This document shows, one piece after another, positions 13,550-29,596 of a DNA stretch of 64,000 nt (position 1 is its first letter; each line of letters starts with the position of its first letter). Both the position numbers and the translations under genes were made by a program. Source of the stretch: Fimicolochytrium jonesii. Taxonomy: Eukaryota. Where the stretch lies: positions 2,108,001-2,172,000 of the forward strand of contig NW_026515668.1 in assembly GCF_025526975.1 (NCBI RefSeq), in the 5' to 3' direction. Under the pieces are notes generated by a model that searched no databases, had not been told where the DNA came from, and was given only the letters and a program-made list of their open reading frames with translations.

Positions 13550-15052
13550 ATGGTAATGTACACCCGACCACCAGCAGCAGCAGCAGCGACAGCATCCCCC
13601 AGCTCATCGGCAGGCAGGACGAATGGACGTTGTAGCGACGGAACCGATGGATGGATGGGTTGATTGGGAGCGATGGATGGATGGGCAAATAGAATGGAAT
13701 GGACTGACGATTGCATGCATGTCGCAAATTGAGCTGGGGAGAGAATGTCGCTGCGACACGCACCACCGACACACTGGCACAGTCACTAACTGCGGCTCCT
13801 CTTCTTCACTATATTGCGACGGAATCGACAAACGAATAGGCACGGGGTCCTAAGAAGCACATGAAGCGCGTATGTTGAACCTGTGTCATTTTGCGGTTGG
13901 TGGGGCGGACAGTGTACTTATTTGGTTTGGTTGGTTCATTAGCTTTCGGCGCCCAAGCACTGGATGCTTGACAAACTGACCGGTACCTGGGTATGTTGAG
14001 GGGTCGAGAGGGGGGAATTGGGGAATTCTCAGAGGAGTGAACGGGAACGGGGCACTGGAGCATGGGGAAAGGACGAAGGCGGACGAGCACAGAGGATAGG
14101 AGAGGGGACGGGCACAAGTAGATAGCGACGGCCAACGACTGGAGGACTGCTTGATTTTCGCGCTTTTTGGAGGGAAGCTGATCTGGAAATGGTTTCACGT
14201 TCAACAGGCCCCCAAGCCCTCGGCCGGTCCCCACAAGCAAAGGGAGTGCTTGCCTTTGATCATCTTCCTCCGTAACAGGCTGAAGTACGCCTTGAACAAC
14301 AAGGAGACCAAGATGATTCTTATGCAGCGTCTCGTCAAGGTCGATGGAAAGACCCGTACCGACTCCACCTACCCCGCTGGATTCATGGGTATGTGAATGG
14401 AGATGACTGCCGTCGATGTTGAGGGAGGAGACTGATATTGGAATATTCTTGCAGACGTCATCTCCATTGAGCAGACCAACGAGAACTTCCGTCTGGTTTA
14501 CGACACCAAGGGCCGCTTCGCCATCCACCGTATCACTGCGGAGGAGTCCAAGTACAAGCTCTGCAAGGTCCGCCGCCTCCAGCTTGGTGCCAAGGGTATC
14601 CCTTTCGTTGTCACCCACGACGGTCGCACCATCCGTTACCCCGACCCGGTCATCAAGGTCAACGACACCATCAAGCTCGACATTGAGTCTGGAAAGATCA
14701 CCGACCACATCAAGTTCGAGGTTGGCAACTTGGCGTTCGTTACTGGTGGTCGTAACACTGGTCGTGTTGGAACCATCACCCACCGTGAGCGTCACCACGG
14801 AGGTTTCGACATTGTCCACATCAAGGACGCTGTTGACCGTCAGTTTGCTACCCGTTTGACCAACGTCTTCGTCATTGGTGACGGTAACAGGCCATGGATC
14901 TCTCTGCCCAAGGGCAAGGGTGTCAAGGTATGGGTTTTGTTTCTGGCATTACTTTCATATCCTGCAGTCGATCTGACCATCATTCATCTCTACAGCTCAC
15001 CATCACTGAGGAGCGTGACAGGCGCAGGGAAGCCGCCCGCACCACCGCCTAA
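13550..15052 (+). CDS. RPS4: 40S ribosomal protein S4 (eS4)
   Basis: [44 protein letters not shown]... ATG-only first exon 13550-13552, then exons 13840-13869, 13943-13990, 14208-14388, 14455-14927, 14996-15052. Confidence 0.97.
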
Positions 15053-15469
15053 GGTGCAAGGCTTGTCTTGTTGTCTTGGAGTGTGGATGCATTGTGAATT
15101 ATCATTTGTTAAATATAAACCCTCAGCCTGGCGGAAACTTTTGTCGAGTGACTTTTGGTCTTGGAGGATCTATGCGCTTGGATTGGACGCGTGGGATCGA
15201 GGGCAGATGTCGCTGGTTCGAATGCTGTGGAGAGGCCTTCACTATGTGGGTAGCGGATGGAGAGACCAAGAGTGATGATTTCCTTGCCCGGTTTATCATT
15301 CTCCTTCTGGAAACATGCCTCAGCGGCGGATTCCATTGCATGCATCGTCTCCTGTACATCCAACGCTCCTACGTACAGGTACATGCGAATACACTGTCCG
15401 TAGGGCTTTGAACATGAAGCCAGACACTTTCCTCTCATGCGGGCGGTATAAATCTGAAAGGCGCTTTCC

Positions 15470-15872
15470 CAAAACGACAATTAGACCCCAACTCACTCCC
15501 CATCTTCCCGGTACATATACTTCTCGAATCGTAGAAGCGAGCTTTCAACGAGCTGTGAACTCCTCCTGTTTGCATAACGTCCTTTCTGTTCTTGGGTTGG
15601 TCGGGATTAATAGTGTTCCTTCAGATATGAAAAACGGAATGATGTGGGAGACGCTTAACGCAGCGCTGCCCGGCCCTATCTGTCTGTCTCCCTAGTCAGT
15701 CAGTCTGTGCTGCCTGTCTGGTGCAGCTTTCGGAGTTTAAGCAGTCAAGTCAGTGACTCCAGTGTGCGAACTTTCGGAGGAACAAGGCTTACGTGATTCA
15801 ACGCAACTCATTCAAAGTCCGCTCGCTCTCTCAAAACGACAACTAGACCCCAACTCACTCCCCATCTTCCCG
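15470..15872. repeat. 41-bp direct repeat pair flanking a 321-bp segment
   Basis: caaaacgacaa(t/c)tagaccccaactcactccccatcttcccg at 15470-15510 and 15832-15872, one mismatch. Confidence 0.9.
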
Positions 15873-16142
15873 CATTCCCCTACACCTCACATCCCCACAC
15901 ACCTCACCCCAGCACTAGCACAACTACGCAGCGGTGTCGTTCACACCGAAACCGCCCACCAGGGTCCATCCATCACTATCCCTTCATTCGATTCAATCAC
16001 GTCAACGCATCGTTTGCAATCTGCACACCTGGAATAGTCGGAACAGGGATAGATTGTATTTCGCGGAGTGTTTTTCCTCCCGTACGAAATTTTGATTGGG
16101 GAGTGAAAGACGGCTGCTTAGCTGTCGGATAGAAGAGCAAGG

Positions 16143-16962
16143 ATGTTTCGTAATACGTTCCAGGTGAGTCTCGTCTTGTAGCTTGCGCTTGGGAGTATCA
16201 ACGTCTCCCATCTTACTCTTGGGATGTACCGAAAACTAACCCAAACCCAATCCTCATGCATGATCCCTTTACTTTGGCTCGCGTCGCTCGCTTTGCTCGT
16301 CTCGCTCCGCTCCTCAGTCCGGCTTCCTCTCCATCCTCTACAGCATCGGCTCCAAGCCGCTCCAAATATGGGACAAGAAGGTGCGCAACGGGCACATCAA
16401 ACGCATCACGGACAACGACATCCAGTCCTCGGTGCTCGAGATCATCGGCACCAACGTCTCCACCAACTTCATCACGTGCCCCGCGCAGCAGAACCGCACG
16501 CTGGGGATCAAGCTACCGTTCCTGGTGATGATCATCAAGAACCTGAAGAAGTATTTCACGTTCGAGGTCCAGGTGTTGGACGATAAGAATGTGCGGAGGC
16601 GGTTTAGGGCTAGTAATTATCAGGTTCGTTTACCCTCCCCATTTCACCGTGTCATTCTCGATCGAATGCCTTTTCCCCCACTAACATCCCGCAATATCGC
16701 TCCCCTCACACAGTCAACAACCCGCGTAAAACCGTTCATCTGCACCATGCCCATGCGGCTCGACGACGGGTGGAATCAGATCCAGTTCAATCTTTCGGAC
16801 TTTACCCGCCGTGCGTACGGGACAAACTACATCGAGACCCTGCGCGTGCAGATCCACGCCAACTGCCGCATCCGCCGCATTTACTTCTCCGACAGGCTGT
16901 ACTCGGAGGAGGAACTGCCGCCGGAGTTCAAGCTGTTTTTGCCGATTCAGAAGGGTGGTTAG
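16143..16962 (+). CDS. CFAP20: Cilia- and flagella-associated protein 20 (Bug22)
   Basis: [39 protein letters not shown]...[31 protein letters not shown]. Exons 16143-16163, 16318-16623, 16714-16962. Confidence 0.97.
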
Positions 16963-17244
16963 ATTATGAGGCTCGTGTGGGGTGGGTGGGTGGTGGAGGG
17001 CTATACATTTTTGGGAAACTATAAACGTCTGTGAAGCATGTGAATACAGTGTGTGGGGGATTGGTGAATGGGTACGAGAAGAGTGCGAGGGGGGGTTGAG
17101 TGGTTGGACATGACATGTGTTTCATTCAAAAAACAGTAAACATAAATCAGCCCCATTCTCATCGCTTCTCAATCTTCGACGGTTTTGCAAAAGTCTACAG
17201 TAGGCTACACATATCCAGACTCGCAAGACTATGCAAAATACGCT

Positions 17245-19088
17245 CTACGCCGTCCCAAACTTATATACAACCTCCCCTTCCTTGCCATCTTCCCCACGCT
17301 CATCCTCCTCATCATCCTCCCCAAACGAAACCTGCACAATCCCATTGTACCACACAAACCCGACGAAGAACCCGACTGCGCCCACGACGCTGGCGACGGA
17401 TGCGAATTGAGCTTGGCGGGATTGTTTTGTTTTCTCTGGTGTCGTTGGTGGGGTGTGTTTATCCGTTTGTTGTGCCGGTGCGGGAGGTGATGTACTCCCC
17501 GAACCCGAGACGACGCCACCATTCACAACCGATGCAAGCTTCCGTCTGACGATACCCGCAGGCCAGGTAATCAGATCCCACGCGCTCATCCTCATCGCCG
17601 GGCTCATTCTTACGGGGTTCGCATCCACAAAAGCGAGGTTATGCATCCGGTCGATGAAGCGGTGTAAGGTGGGGTGTTCGAAGGTGAGGATGCTGAAGAG
17701 GGTTGGGGAGGCGAGGGTGGGAATGGCGTGCAGGGAGAGGTGGGCGTAGGCTATGGCGTCGAGGGTTGTTGGGCTGTGGAGAAAGAAAGGTAGCGGTGGG
17801 TAAGTGGGTGGGATGCGATAGGGGAAGGGAGTGGAGGCACTTACGTGTCCCCGAAGAAGAAAGGCTTGTCGGCTAGTTTTGCTGCGAGGACGGCGTACCA
17901 TTCGCGGGCGTGGCGGTAGATCTGGCAACACGATGGAACGGTCATTTTACGGATCACACACCTACACAGTAAACCCATCGCTCATACCTCATTGACGCTC
18001 TTCCCATCCTTCCCGGTCACAAACCGATACCTCGCCAGCCTTGCCGCCGCCTTCTTCTGCATCTGGGTAGGCACCGTCCACCCCGCCCACCCACGCAGCG
18101 AGCGGGCGATGGTAGGGCGGGTTGAGCGGGCGACGTTGGTGGACTCGAGCCACCAGCTGTAGAGGAGGGCGTCGTAGAGTTTGTCTTCTATGAGGGTTAT
18201 GTAGCTGGGGAATATATGTTCGGTTAGATCCCCAGATGATTGACGGTGAAGGGCGTTGGATTGTGACTTACGCTAATGATTCCGCGTTCTCGATTGGGGA
18301 TAAATGGGCGTCGAGATCGTATCCCTGATGAACATATGGTCAGTACGGCAGCCATTTCCCTGAGTAGCCGGGATACTTTCTCGATCGGCTTACCTTCTTC
18401 TTGAGATATGCAATCGTCCTTCCCACACCGACAACCGGTTCTAGCAGGCCGTCACGGAGCATCGGTAGTTCGCCTGGGGATATATGCAAGATCGTGAGTC
18501 TATTATCGCATAGCGGTCGACCATCGAACGTCGATTAACGACCCATCAACAAACGCTACGCTGGCGACAATGGTATTGGGGGAGAGGTGAACGGGGCAAG
18601 AACAATCTCAGCTCATTGATGCTCGCCATCCTCAAGCATTCTTGCGCCATCGGCGCAATTGGGTTCGCAGTGGCTCGCGAGCTCCTCGCTTCCCTGGGAA
18701 TCCTCCAGCATCCCTGGGTCTACGGCCTAGCGCGGGCTCAATGTCGCTCACTGTCGCTCGCAAACTCCTCGCTTTTCTCGGGAATCCTCCAGCATCCCTG
18801 GGTCTACGGCCTAGCGGGGGCCCGCTGTCGCTCACTGTCGCTCGCACTTCCCTCCGCTCGAAACTCCCCAACCTAGCAACAGTACTCCTTCTCCCCTCCC
18901 CATCACCATATCTACCCACCAAACGGCGAAACCTCCGGATCGTTGCAAACATTATTACTCCACTCCACGCCGGCGAGCTGCAGGTAAGTCTCTACGGAGA
19001 GACAGAAGGGGTCGAAGGAAGTGAGCGTCCACGCGGGGCCCCAGGTGAAGAGTTCGAGGGAGGGTGGGGGTGGGGCTGTTGTGGGCAT
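17245..19088 (-). CDS. Metaxin/Sam37-like mitochondrial outer membrane SAM component
   Basis: LFTWGPAWTLTSFDPFCLSVETYLQL...SPFGELPML, GST-C-like PTTLDAIAYAHL and a C-terminal TM anchor. Multi-exon with a long first intron. Confidence 0.85.
18682..18845. repeat. ~82-bp tandem duplication in metaxin intron 1
   Basis: ctcctcgctt...gggaatcctccagcatccctgggtctacggcctagcg...tgtcgctcactgtcgctcgc at 18682-18761 and 18765-18845. Confidence 0.9.
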
Positions 19089-19368
19089 CCCTTTTGTGTG
19101 GGGGGTGTGAATGGAGGTCAAATGCAGCGAGACGGAAGTTGCGAGAGGGGCGAAGGGGGGCGCGTGGAGACTCCCTCCTGCTCTCGCGTTCTACTTGAAC
19201 ACCCCCCAGAACACCGCTTCAACAGAGACTGAAGGAACGAGGCCAAGGGAGGTTACATAGGGAAGATCCCCAGCGCAATAATAACGGCAGCCTCTCGCTG
19301 CTCCTCATACGCATACCAAGTCTATCCAAGCTACGTTTGTTCTCATTCACGCGGCAATCTTCCTCAAG

Positions 19369-20332
19369 ATGGCGACAACGACCCCCAAACCCCCCGCCGA
19401 CCTAAAGGTAAGATAACTTCCCCCCTCTCCAGACCGCCCCCCCGCCCGCCACTAACCTCACCTCACCCCAGATAATCCTCCTCGGCGACTCGGCCGTCGG
19501 CAAATCCAAGCTCGCGGAGCGTTTCCTCCTCAACGATTTCCACCCGCAAGTCCTCTCCACCTACGCCCTCACCCTCTACCAATATACTTGTACGTTCCCA
19601 TTCCCGCAAAATCCATCTCCCAATACATCACAGACTATGATGCCCCCGACACCACGAAAGATAACTATCGATTTCTGGGATACGGCGGGGCAAGAACGGT
19701 TCCAGACGATGCATCCGAGCTACTACCATGGCGCGCACGCGTGCATACTTGTGTTTGATGTGGGGAGGAAGGTCACGTATAAGAATTTGGATACGTGGTA
19801 TGAGGAGCTGGTGGCGTTAAGGGGTGATCAGGTGCGTACTATGTGTAGTGTTTGTGCGGGGTGTGCAACCTTGCGGGCGGGTGTGTGATGGATGCTCTTG
19901 ATGTGGGCTAAGTCCTCCCCCCTCTCCCTATTTCAGCTCCCAATAATAGTAATAGCCAACAAGATCGACACGGACGAATCCCGCGCCAAGAAATCCTTCG
20001 GGTTCATCGACCGACGGCGTGCCGAGCGTCTTGCCTCTCTCAGCACCTCCCCCACCTCGTCCTCCCCCACCAGCACACCCCCAACACCCGAATCAACGCT
20101 GCCCCTCTACTTCACCTCCGCCTCCTCCGGCACAAACGTCGTCGCCGCCTTCCGCGACGCCATCACGCGCGCGTGGGCGTTCAAGGAAGGAGGCGGGGGC
20201 GGGACTTTTGTGGATGAGGTTTTGGCGTTTATCAGAGAGGGGGAGGGTGTGGATGCGGGGAAGAGTGGTGCTTGGGGGGTGGCGAAGGGGAAGGCGGGGA
20301 TGGAGGTGGCGAGGGATGCGAGGGCGCAGTGA
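19369..20332 (+). CDS. RABL2: Rab-like 2 small GTPase (IFT-B associated)
   Basis: KIILLGDSAVGKSKL, LSTYALTLY, DFWDTAGQERFQTMHPSYYH, RKVTYKNL, IANKID, and no C-terminal prenylation motif. Exons 19369-19407, 19472-19831, 19937-20332. Confidence 0.92.
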
Positions 20333-20795
20333 CAGCGGGGATTTGCGGATGTGTGAGTGTTTTTGGCTTCCTTTGTTTTGGGAGGCCTTGACTCAAGACT
20401 CGAGGGTTCGCTGGATAATCGTCGCTTGCCCCCGAATGTACATTTTTCGCATCAACATATCGACGTACGAGTAAGAGATGGGGAATGGAAATCATGATAC
20501 GTATCCAATACTGTATGTTGGGCAAGACAGACTCTGCGTATACCACTCACTGTACGGCAGCCTTGGGAAAGCAGTGCAAGGCAAACGCGGGATGATCTCC
20601 TTTTGGAACGTCGCGACAATTTCCTCCCCGGAGACCATCGCCGCACTCCATTCGTGAGGTGGGAAAGCCACACAGTACAGCCTACGGTATACAGATCCAC
20701 GATCACCAGCGCCCGCCCCAAGGTGAGGGACACAGGACCTACCGCAGCGTTCACACGGAGCAAGCGCCCACCATCGCCCTGAGGTTTCACCCGCC

Positions 20796-22507
20796 ATGTC
20801 ATCCATCGCGTCCCACCTGCCCCCCGAACTCCTCACCCAAATCTTCTTCCATCTCACCCTCCCCCGGGACTTATCCGCGCATGCCTTTGAACCGGAAACC
20901 GCCGCCCTAGTCCAATGCACCCTTGTCAATCGCGCCTGGTACGCCGCCGCCATCGCCGTGCTGTTCCGTGACCCCGTGTTTCCAGGCCTACCAGGTTTCA
21001 TAGCCTTCATGGACCTGTGTGAACAGGTTGCGGCGGGGGACGGGAGGGACATTCAAAGACGGGGCAAGAGACGAAGGAGACGACCACGAATGCGGATCGG
21101 ACACACAGGCCTCCGCGCAATGCGGACCTTCGACATTACACAAACCCCGCTCCTGAACAGCTTCCTCCGCTCAGACCACCTCACAACCCTCGCATCCGCC
21201 CACCCACCCCTCCGTCATCTCTCCCTCATTGGTTGCCGGCACCTCACCCCCGGGTGCATCGCTCATCTGTGCGCCGCCGTGCGCCGCACGCTGGAATGTA
21301 TCGATTTATCGGAATGTATGGGGATGAATGATGCATGTGTGGTAGCCATCGCGGAGATGTGTCCCCGGTTGAGGGAGGTGCGGTTACGCGGGCTGCCGAT
21401 CACGAATCTTGCCCTTGCGGCTATCGCGGTGCATCTTGCAGGGCGGTTGGAGGTGGTGGATGTGAGCGGGTGTGGAAGGGTTGGGGATGTAGGGTTGTGG
21501 AGGGTTGTTGAGGCTGCGACGGCGGGGAGGGGGGGGTGTCGGCTTGTGCAGTTGGGGTTCGCGGGATGTGGGGGTGTCTCGCCCTCTGTATGTCGTAAGG
21601 TGGTGGAAAGGGTGACGAAGATGTGTCCACGATTGACCGGGTTGGAGTTTACGATGCCTGCACGGAAGGTACAGTACGTGTTACCCAAATTCACTTCTCA
21701 TATCCTCGAAGACGTTGATCTATATCATCCCCACCCCAGACAACCCACTCAACACCCTTCACCCTCCCCGCGCTGACTTCCCTGCACCTGCACTCCTACT
21801 TCTCCGATACCCTGAAGGCGTGCCCCAGTCTGCCATCCCTCACACCACTCACACGCACCCTCACATCGCTCACCCTCACCCACCTCCCCGCCCCGCTCTC
21901 GGCCGCGCTCGCGCACCTCCTCGCCCAATGCACGAATCTTCGACACCTCGCCCTGCCAAACTCGCCCGCGGTGGATGCGGAGGTGGTGACCGCGATCGTG
22001 GGGAGTGGGTACGCGGGCGGGTTAGCGTGGCTGAGTCTGGAGGGGTGTGGGGGTGTCGACGATGCTTGTTTGGCCGTGTTGGGGTCGTCGCGGTGTCCCG
22101 ACGCTGCTTCTACCGGGCCGTCGACACCGATTCCCGCCCTCCAACCATCCGTCCAGGGATCAGAACATCGCCAACACCACCACCCACGGCTCGGATCGTT
22201 GACGACGTTGACGCTCACGCACTGTCCGAGCTTTACACCCCCCGCCCTCCTCACCCTCCTGCACGCGCTCCACCCGCCCCTCCGCCATCTCTTCATCAGC
22301 GACACCCACGCGTTCCTATTCGACGACGACCGGCACACCGTCCACCAACGACCGCCCACCCAACGCAACAGGGAAGCGGTGTGGAGCGCGCCGATATCCG
22401 TAGGCGTTGCGGACCGTAGGGATCCGGGTGGGGTGGGGAAGAGGGCGAGGTGGGTGGAGTGTGTGCGGGGGGCGAGGTTGCGGGGGGCGGCGGGGGTGGG
22501 GGAGTAA
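20796..22507 (+). CDS. F-box/leucine-rich repeat protein (FBXL type)
   Basis: F-box LPPELLTQIF...CTLVNRAW followed by cysteine-containing LRRs (LSLIGCRHLT, IDLSECMGMND). Intron 21669-21739 restores the frame. Confidence 0.85.
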
Positions 22508-22806
22508 CACCCAGGTGACTGTTCGAGGAGATGAGCTGTAAATGCCCGATTTTGCCCGATTTCATGTTTGGAATCGATCAAATTTCGAAATACGACATGT
22601 AATGTACATTAACCTCTCGAAACAGCCGATCGGAAATAGTTACACTATTCATTCTTTTGCACCGTACATATTAGACGGGATATTTCATACAAACGACCCT
22701 ACGTTAACGCGAATGAAAAACTATAACTGACGGCTAAATCGTACGCTGAAACCTTAAACTGGGATAGAGACAGGTAATAGATACAAAAACCTGTTATGCC
22801 CAATGG

Positions 22807-22839
<33 letters not shown>

Positions 22840-23074
22840 CAGCATCCCCGCTATTCTCTCCGCCGGCCATACGCCGGCGCTTTGTTTGGTTCGCACAGCG
22901 GTTCCCGATTCCTGCTGCTTTTCCGTTTTCTCGTGGTGGGTGCCGTATGCGTATGTGGATGATATCCACACCCTCCTCGAACCCCTTTCGCTCGTTTTTT
23001 TGTCGGTTGGTTCCAAAACGGCTCCCCCCAAGTTTGTTGTTGTCGTTGCATGTTCGTCATACTCACAAAACCGT

Positions 23075-25845
<2,771 letters not shown>

Positions 25846-26433
25846 CTTGGGGGGTGTGGCGTGTGGGTGGGACTTTGTGTGAGTGTTGGCAGGGAGGGAT
25901 GAGTAGAGCGCTTGAATACGGATGTGGTGGTAGTGCTAGTTGTTGTTCTTTCCGCTCCACTGTAGTTCCACCGAGTTCCCAGACAGATTGCCAAGAGTCG
26001 AGGAGGTGAGTTGATGGCGGCGGGGGGGGGGGGGGGGGGGGGGTGAGAGGGGACGGCGAATAATGTCTGGTTTCGACAGTTTGGTCCCTTGAAATACAGT
26101 ACATGTTTTGGGACCTTCATCAAATCCATCCAGTGCGCCCGAAAAAGGTGCACAATATACAAACTAAAGCCAGATCCCACCGTCCCCATTCCCTTCAATC
26201 CCCACCAAATGAAATTTTTTTTTTAAAACAGAATCACAATCGAGGGGGCGGATCGAAGTTGGGACGGAGAATCGTCTTTTCTGGATCCCTCGCAACATGT
26301 CACATCCACCTCGTATTGCCTGTCGTAAACTGCACGCTATATCATGTCTGTATGTATGTATAGTGAAGCCAGAAATGCGTCTACATCTAAATAACAATAT
26401 CCCAAAAAAAAAAACCTCCCACCCATTCATTCC

Positions 26434-28946
26434 TCACACAAAAACCATGCCCCCACCGCCCCCCCTCCCCACCCACAGCCAACCATCCTGCCCCTCCGCA
26501 CGCACCCTCGCACCCACCCTCAGCAACCCGCCCACAAACCCCACCAGCGTCACCGCGCTCACAAAATAAAACAAGATCCCAAACGCAATACTAATCGGCA
26601 GTGCGGGTAGCGCTTTTTGGTACAGCGCGAGGAGGAAGATGGTCATGTTGAGGCCGGTGAGGACCGCGAGGGTCGAGGTGAGTGTCGTCAGGGGGTCGAA
26701 GAGGGCTGTGAAAAAACACGGGAACGGGGGTTAGATTCGACGGGGAGGGGGGGGGGGGGGGGGGGGCAGACGTCGGGGATGGACATGTGTTTTACCTGCG
26801 CGAGCGACAAGGACGCTATAAAACACGAAATCGCCCAGTCCCAACTTCAACCCGCCTCGGACCGCTTCCTCATCCTCATCCTCCTCCTCCTCCTCCTCCG
26901 CGTCCCTCTCCAACCCCCTACTGGGCGGCAGGGCGGTCATCTCGATCGTCTCGGGGCGGGCCACCCCGCGCGGCGTGATCAGGCTCGCCGCGTCGCCGTA
27001 CTCGCCCGCGGGGTCCATCGCCGCCGAGGAGGCCATGCTGATCGCGACGCTGGGGCGGCGGTTGTTCGCCGTGGTCGTGGTCATCATACCGGTCGCGGTG
27101 GGCGAGATCGGCGGACTGACCACCTCTCTCGGCTCCGCAGGCGAGACCCTCAACGAAGGCGGCACACCCGGCCCCGCCATGGTCATCCACACCATCACGC
27201 TGTACAGCAACGCGGGGATCTCGCGGTCCTGCGTCTGCGCGGTCTCGACGAGGATCCGGAGGGGGCCGAACGGGCAGAGGACTGCTATCAAATCTATTGT
27301 TTGTGTGTGATTGTTTGTTTAGCTGTGTGTGAATTTTCTTTTTCAGAGGGGATGGGGGTTTTTCGTTTACGTACCCCAGATGGCTAGCAAGCCGAGCAGG
27401 ATCCATGTCGTCAGCGCAGGTATCTTCGTCAACGTATACGCCTAGATTCCCTCTTAGAAATCAACATCCACCCCCTGAGTTCCTGGCCACACCCTCCCGC
27501 ACTCACCATCATACTACTAATCCCGACCAGATACCCCTGCTGCACCCTCAGCGGCCCGCGCCCAAAGATCATCAGCACCCCCACGATCGTCAGATTCCAG
27601 ATGAAGAACCAGAATGTTATCTGGTCGAGGGGGAGGTTGTGCACCGATAATAGCTCGGAGGAGAGGGTGTAGCTGAAGGTCCCGATGAGGGCGAGGATGA
27701 CGAGGGTGAAGAACGCGTAGAGGATCTAGGAAAAGCGTCATCGGGGGGGGATGTTGGTGAACTGGAGCATGGCGATGGGGGCGTGAATCTTTTTTTTTTT
27801 ATCACCTTCATGCAGTTGAAATAAAAAAGCACCACGATGACGATGGTCGCCCCGACGATTTGGCCGAGGATACCGAGTGCGGATAAGAAAGCGGGGCCAG
27901 AGTCGGTGGATGAGAAGCCGAGGTCGGGGGTTCCCCCTCCTCCTCCTCCTCCTCCTCCTCCTCCGCCTCCTCCGCCTGCTGATGCCACGATTCTGAAAAC
28001 ACCGTCAGTTACACGATCCAGAAATTCTGGGTTGAGGGAGGGGCAACGCCATGCATACCCAGTATCGAAGTTTGGCTCCACGGCAGTCGTCAACTTAACC
28101 CACATGATACTCAACACCATGCAGCAGATGACAGGCTTGATCAATAAATAAATCTGCTCCATGTAGAATTTCAAATCAGCCGCTTTTTCTTCTTCTGTTA
28201 ATTCTTCTTCTTCTTGTGGTGGTGGTGGTGGTGGTGGTGCAGGTGGTGATAGCACGACGGGCGTGGTGGCGAGGTCGATGGTGGAGGCAGGCTGTTGGGA
28301 TAGGGGTGGGGTGAGTGAGGGGGGAGGGAAGGGAAGGGCAGGGATTCGAAGGGATGGGGGGGACGTACGGAGGTGGTGGCGGGACGGGTGGTGGATTTGA
28401 AGAAGGATTTGATGCGGGATATGAGTTGGGCTGTGGGGGAGGGAGACATAGTGGCTTAGTAGTGTGATTTTTGATGGAGGTGGCTGGGAATCGAAAGCGT
28501 CCGTCCCCATCCGGAAAATGGCGTATAGGCAGCGGTATCGGAGCGAGCGAGCGGTGGGCGGAGCGGTCGCTGCTGCTCGCTAAGAGCCGCAGTGAGCAAA
28601 GTATCGCTCCGCTCGCCGCTCGCTTCTCTCGGACTCCCGGGAGCAAATCCATGGCATCGCTATCCCTCGGCCCCCTTCCAGCATTCGTTCCACTCTCTTT
28701 CTCTCCCAACCCACAAACACATACGTACTATCAGAGTTGATGACCTGCGCGGCATTTCCACGCCCTCTAACCTGTCTCCTCCGCCTGGCGCCATGTCTCT
28801 CCCTCAACGATCCCGTCGACCGCGTCATCGGCGGCGGTGCTGTCGCAGAAGCTGTAGCATCACTAGCGGACGGGGTTCCCGCGACGGCCGTGGTCTCAAT
28901 CGGCACAACGACCGTTGAATGCAGCACATTCGTCGTGGCCGTACCA

Positions 28947-28977
<31 letters not shown>

Positions 28978-29227
28978 ATGATGATCTCCCAGCACTCCCG
29001 CCCCGCTTCCCGTTGACGTTCCCCAAACACACGGCCTTATGCAGCTCCCAGTCCCTCGCCTGACACGCGTGCGAGCAGTACCGACAGGCAGGCCCGCAGT
29101 GCGGACACATGAAGCGGGCGTTGTTTTGGCAGACTGTGCATGGCTGTTGAGCAGCGGGTTGTGGTGGTGGTTCTGGAGGTTGGGCGTCGGGTATGGGGGA
29201 GGTGTGTTTCCGTGCTGGGGCGCTCAT
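26434..29227 (-). CDS. PSEN: Presenilin (gamma-secretase catalytic subunit, peptidase A22A) with N-terminal MYND-type zinc finger
   Basis: TM1 [12 protein letters not shown], catalytic [37 protein letters not shown] and PALPISI. Exon 1 (29227-28729) encodes CTVC..CPHC...[18 protein letters not shown] and splices in phase via exon 28430-28369 to 28291. Confidence 0.9.
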
Positions 29228-29596
29228 GACGGTAGTGGGGGGGGGGGGGGTGGTTTCCGAGGGAGTCCCGCAAGTCCAACGGGTGTTGATTCTTGATGAA
29301 CCCGCGAACAAGCCTCCCTCCCTCACAGTCCCTCACAGTCGGTCCCTCTCAGTGCCTCACACGCGCGCGAGACTTGAGAGACTACTTGCTGTGAGTCACG
29401 CGGACCTCTCCCCTCTTGCGGCCCTCGCCCTCTCCTTCTTCTCCTTCCCAGAAGCCCAACAAAGAAACAAGCTTCACTTCCCCCCCTTGCTTCCCAACGA
29501 GGCTTCCCAACTACAACCACCCCCACACTCCGCCTTTTCCCACCACTACCCTCAGCCGCAAACCACACAGCAACTACCGCAACAACTACCGCAACA

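Noticed and set aside
14389..14454. Possible C/D snoRNA in an RPS4 intron
   Set aside because: The intron is too short, the CTGA coincides with the branch site, and there is no canonical box C or terminal stem.
13809..14819. 336-aa minus-strand ORF
   Set aside because: Antisense shadow of the highly codon-biased RPS4 gene.
22806..22830. (GT)n tract; also (TATG)n near 42328-42358 and poly-G/C runs
   Set aside because: Ordinary microsatellites and homopolymers with no spacer structure, so not CRISPR-like.
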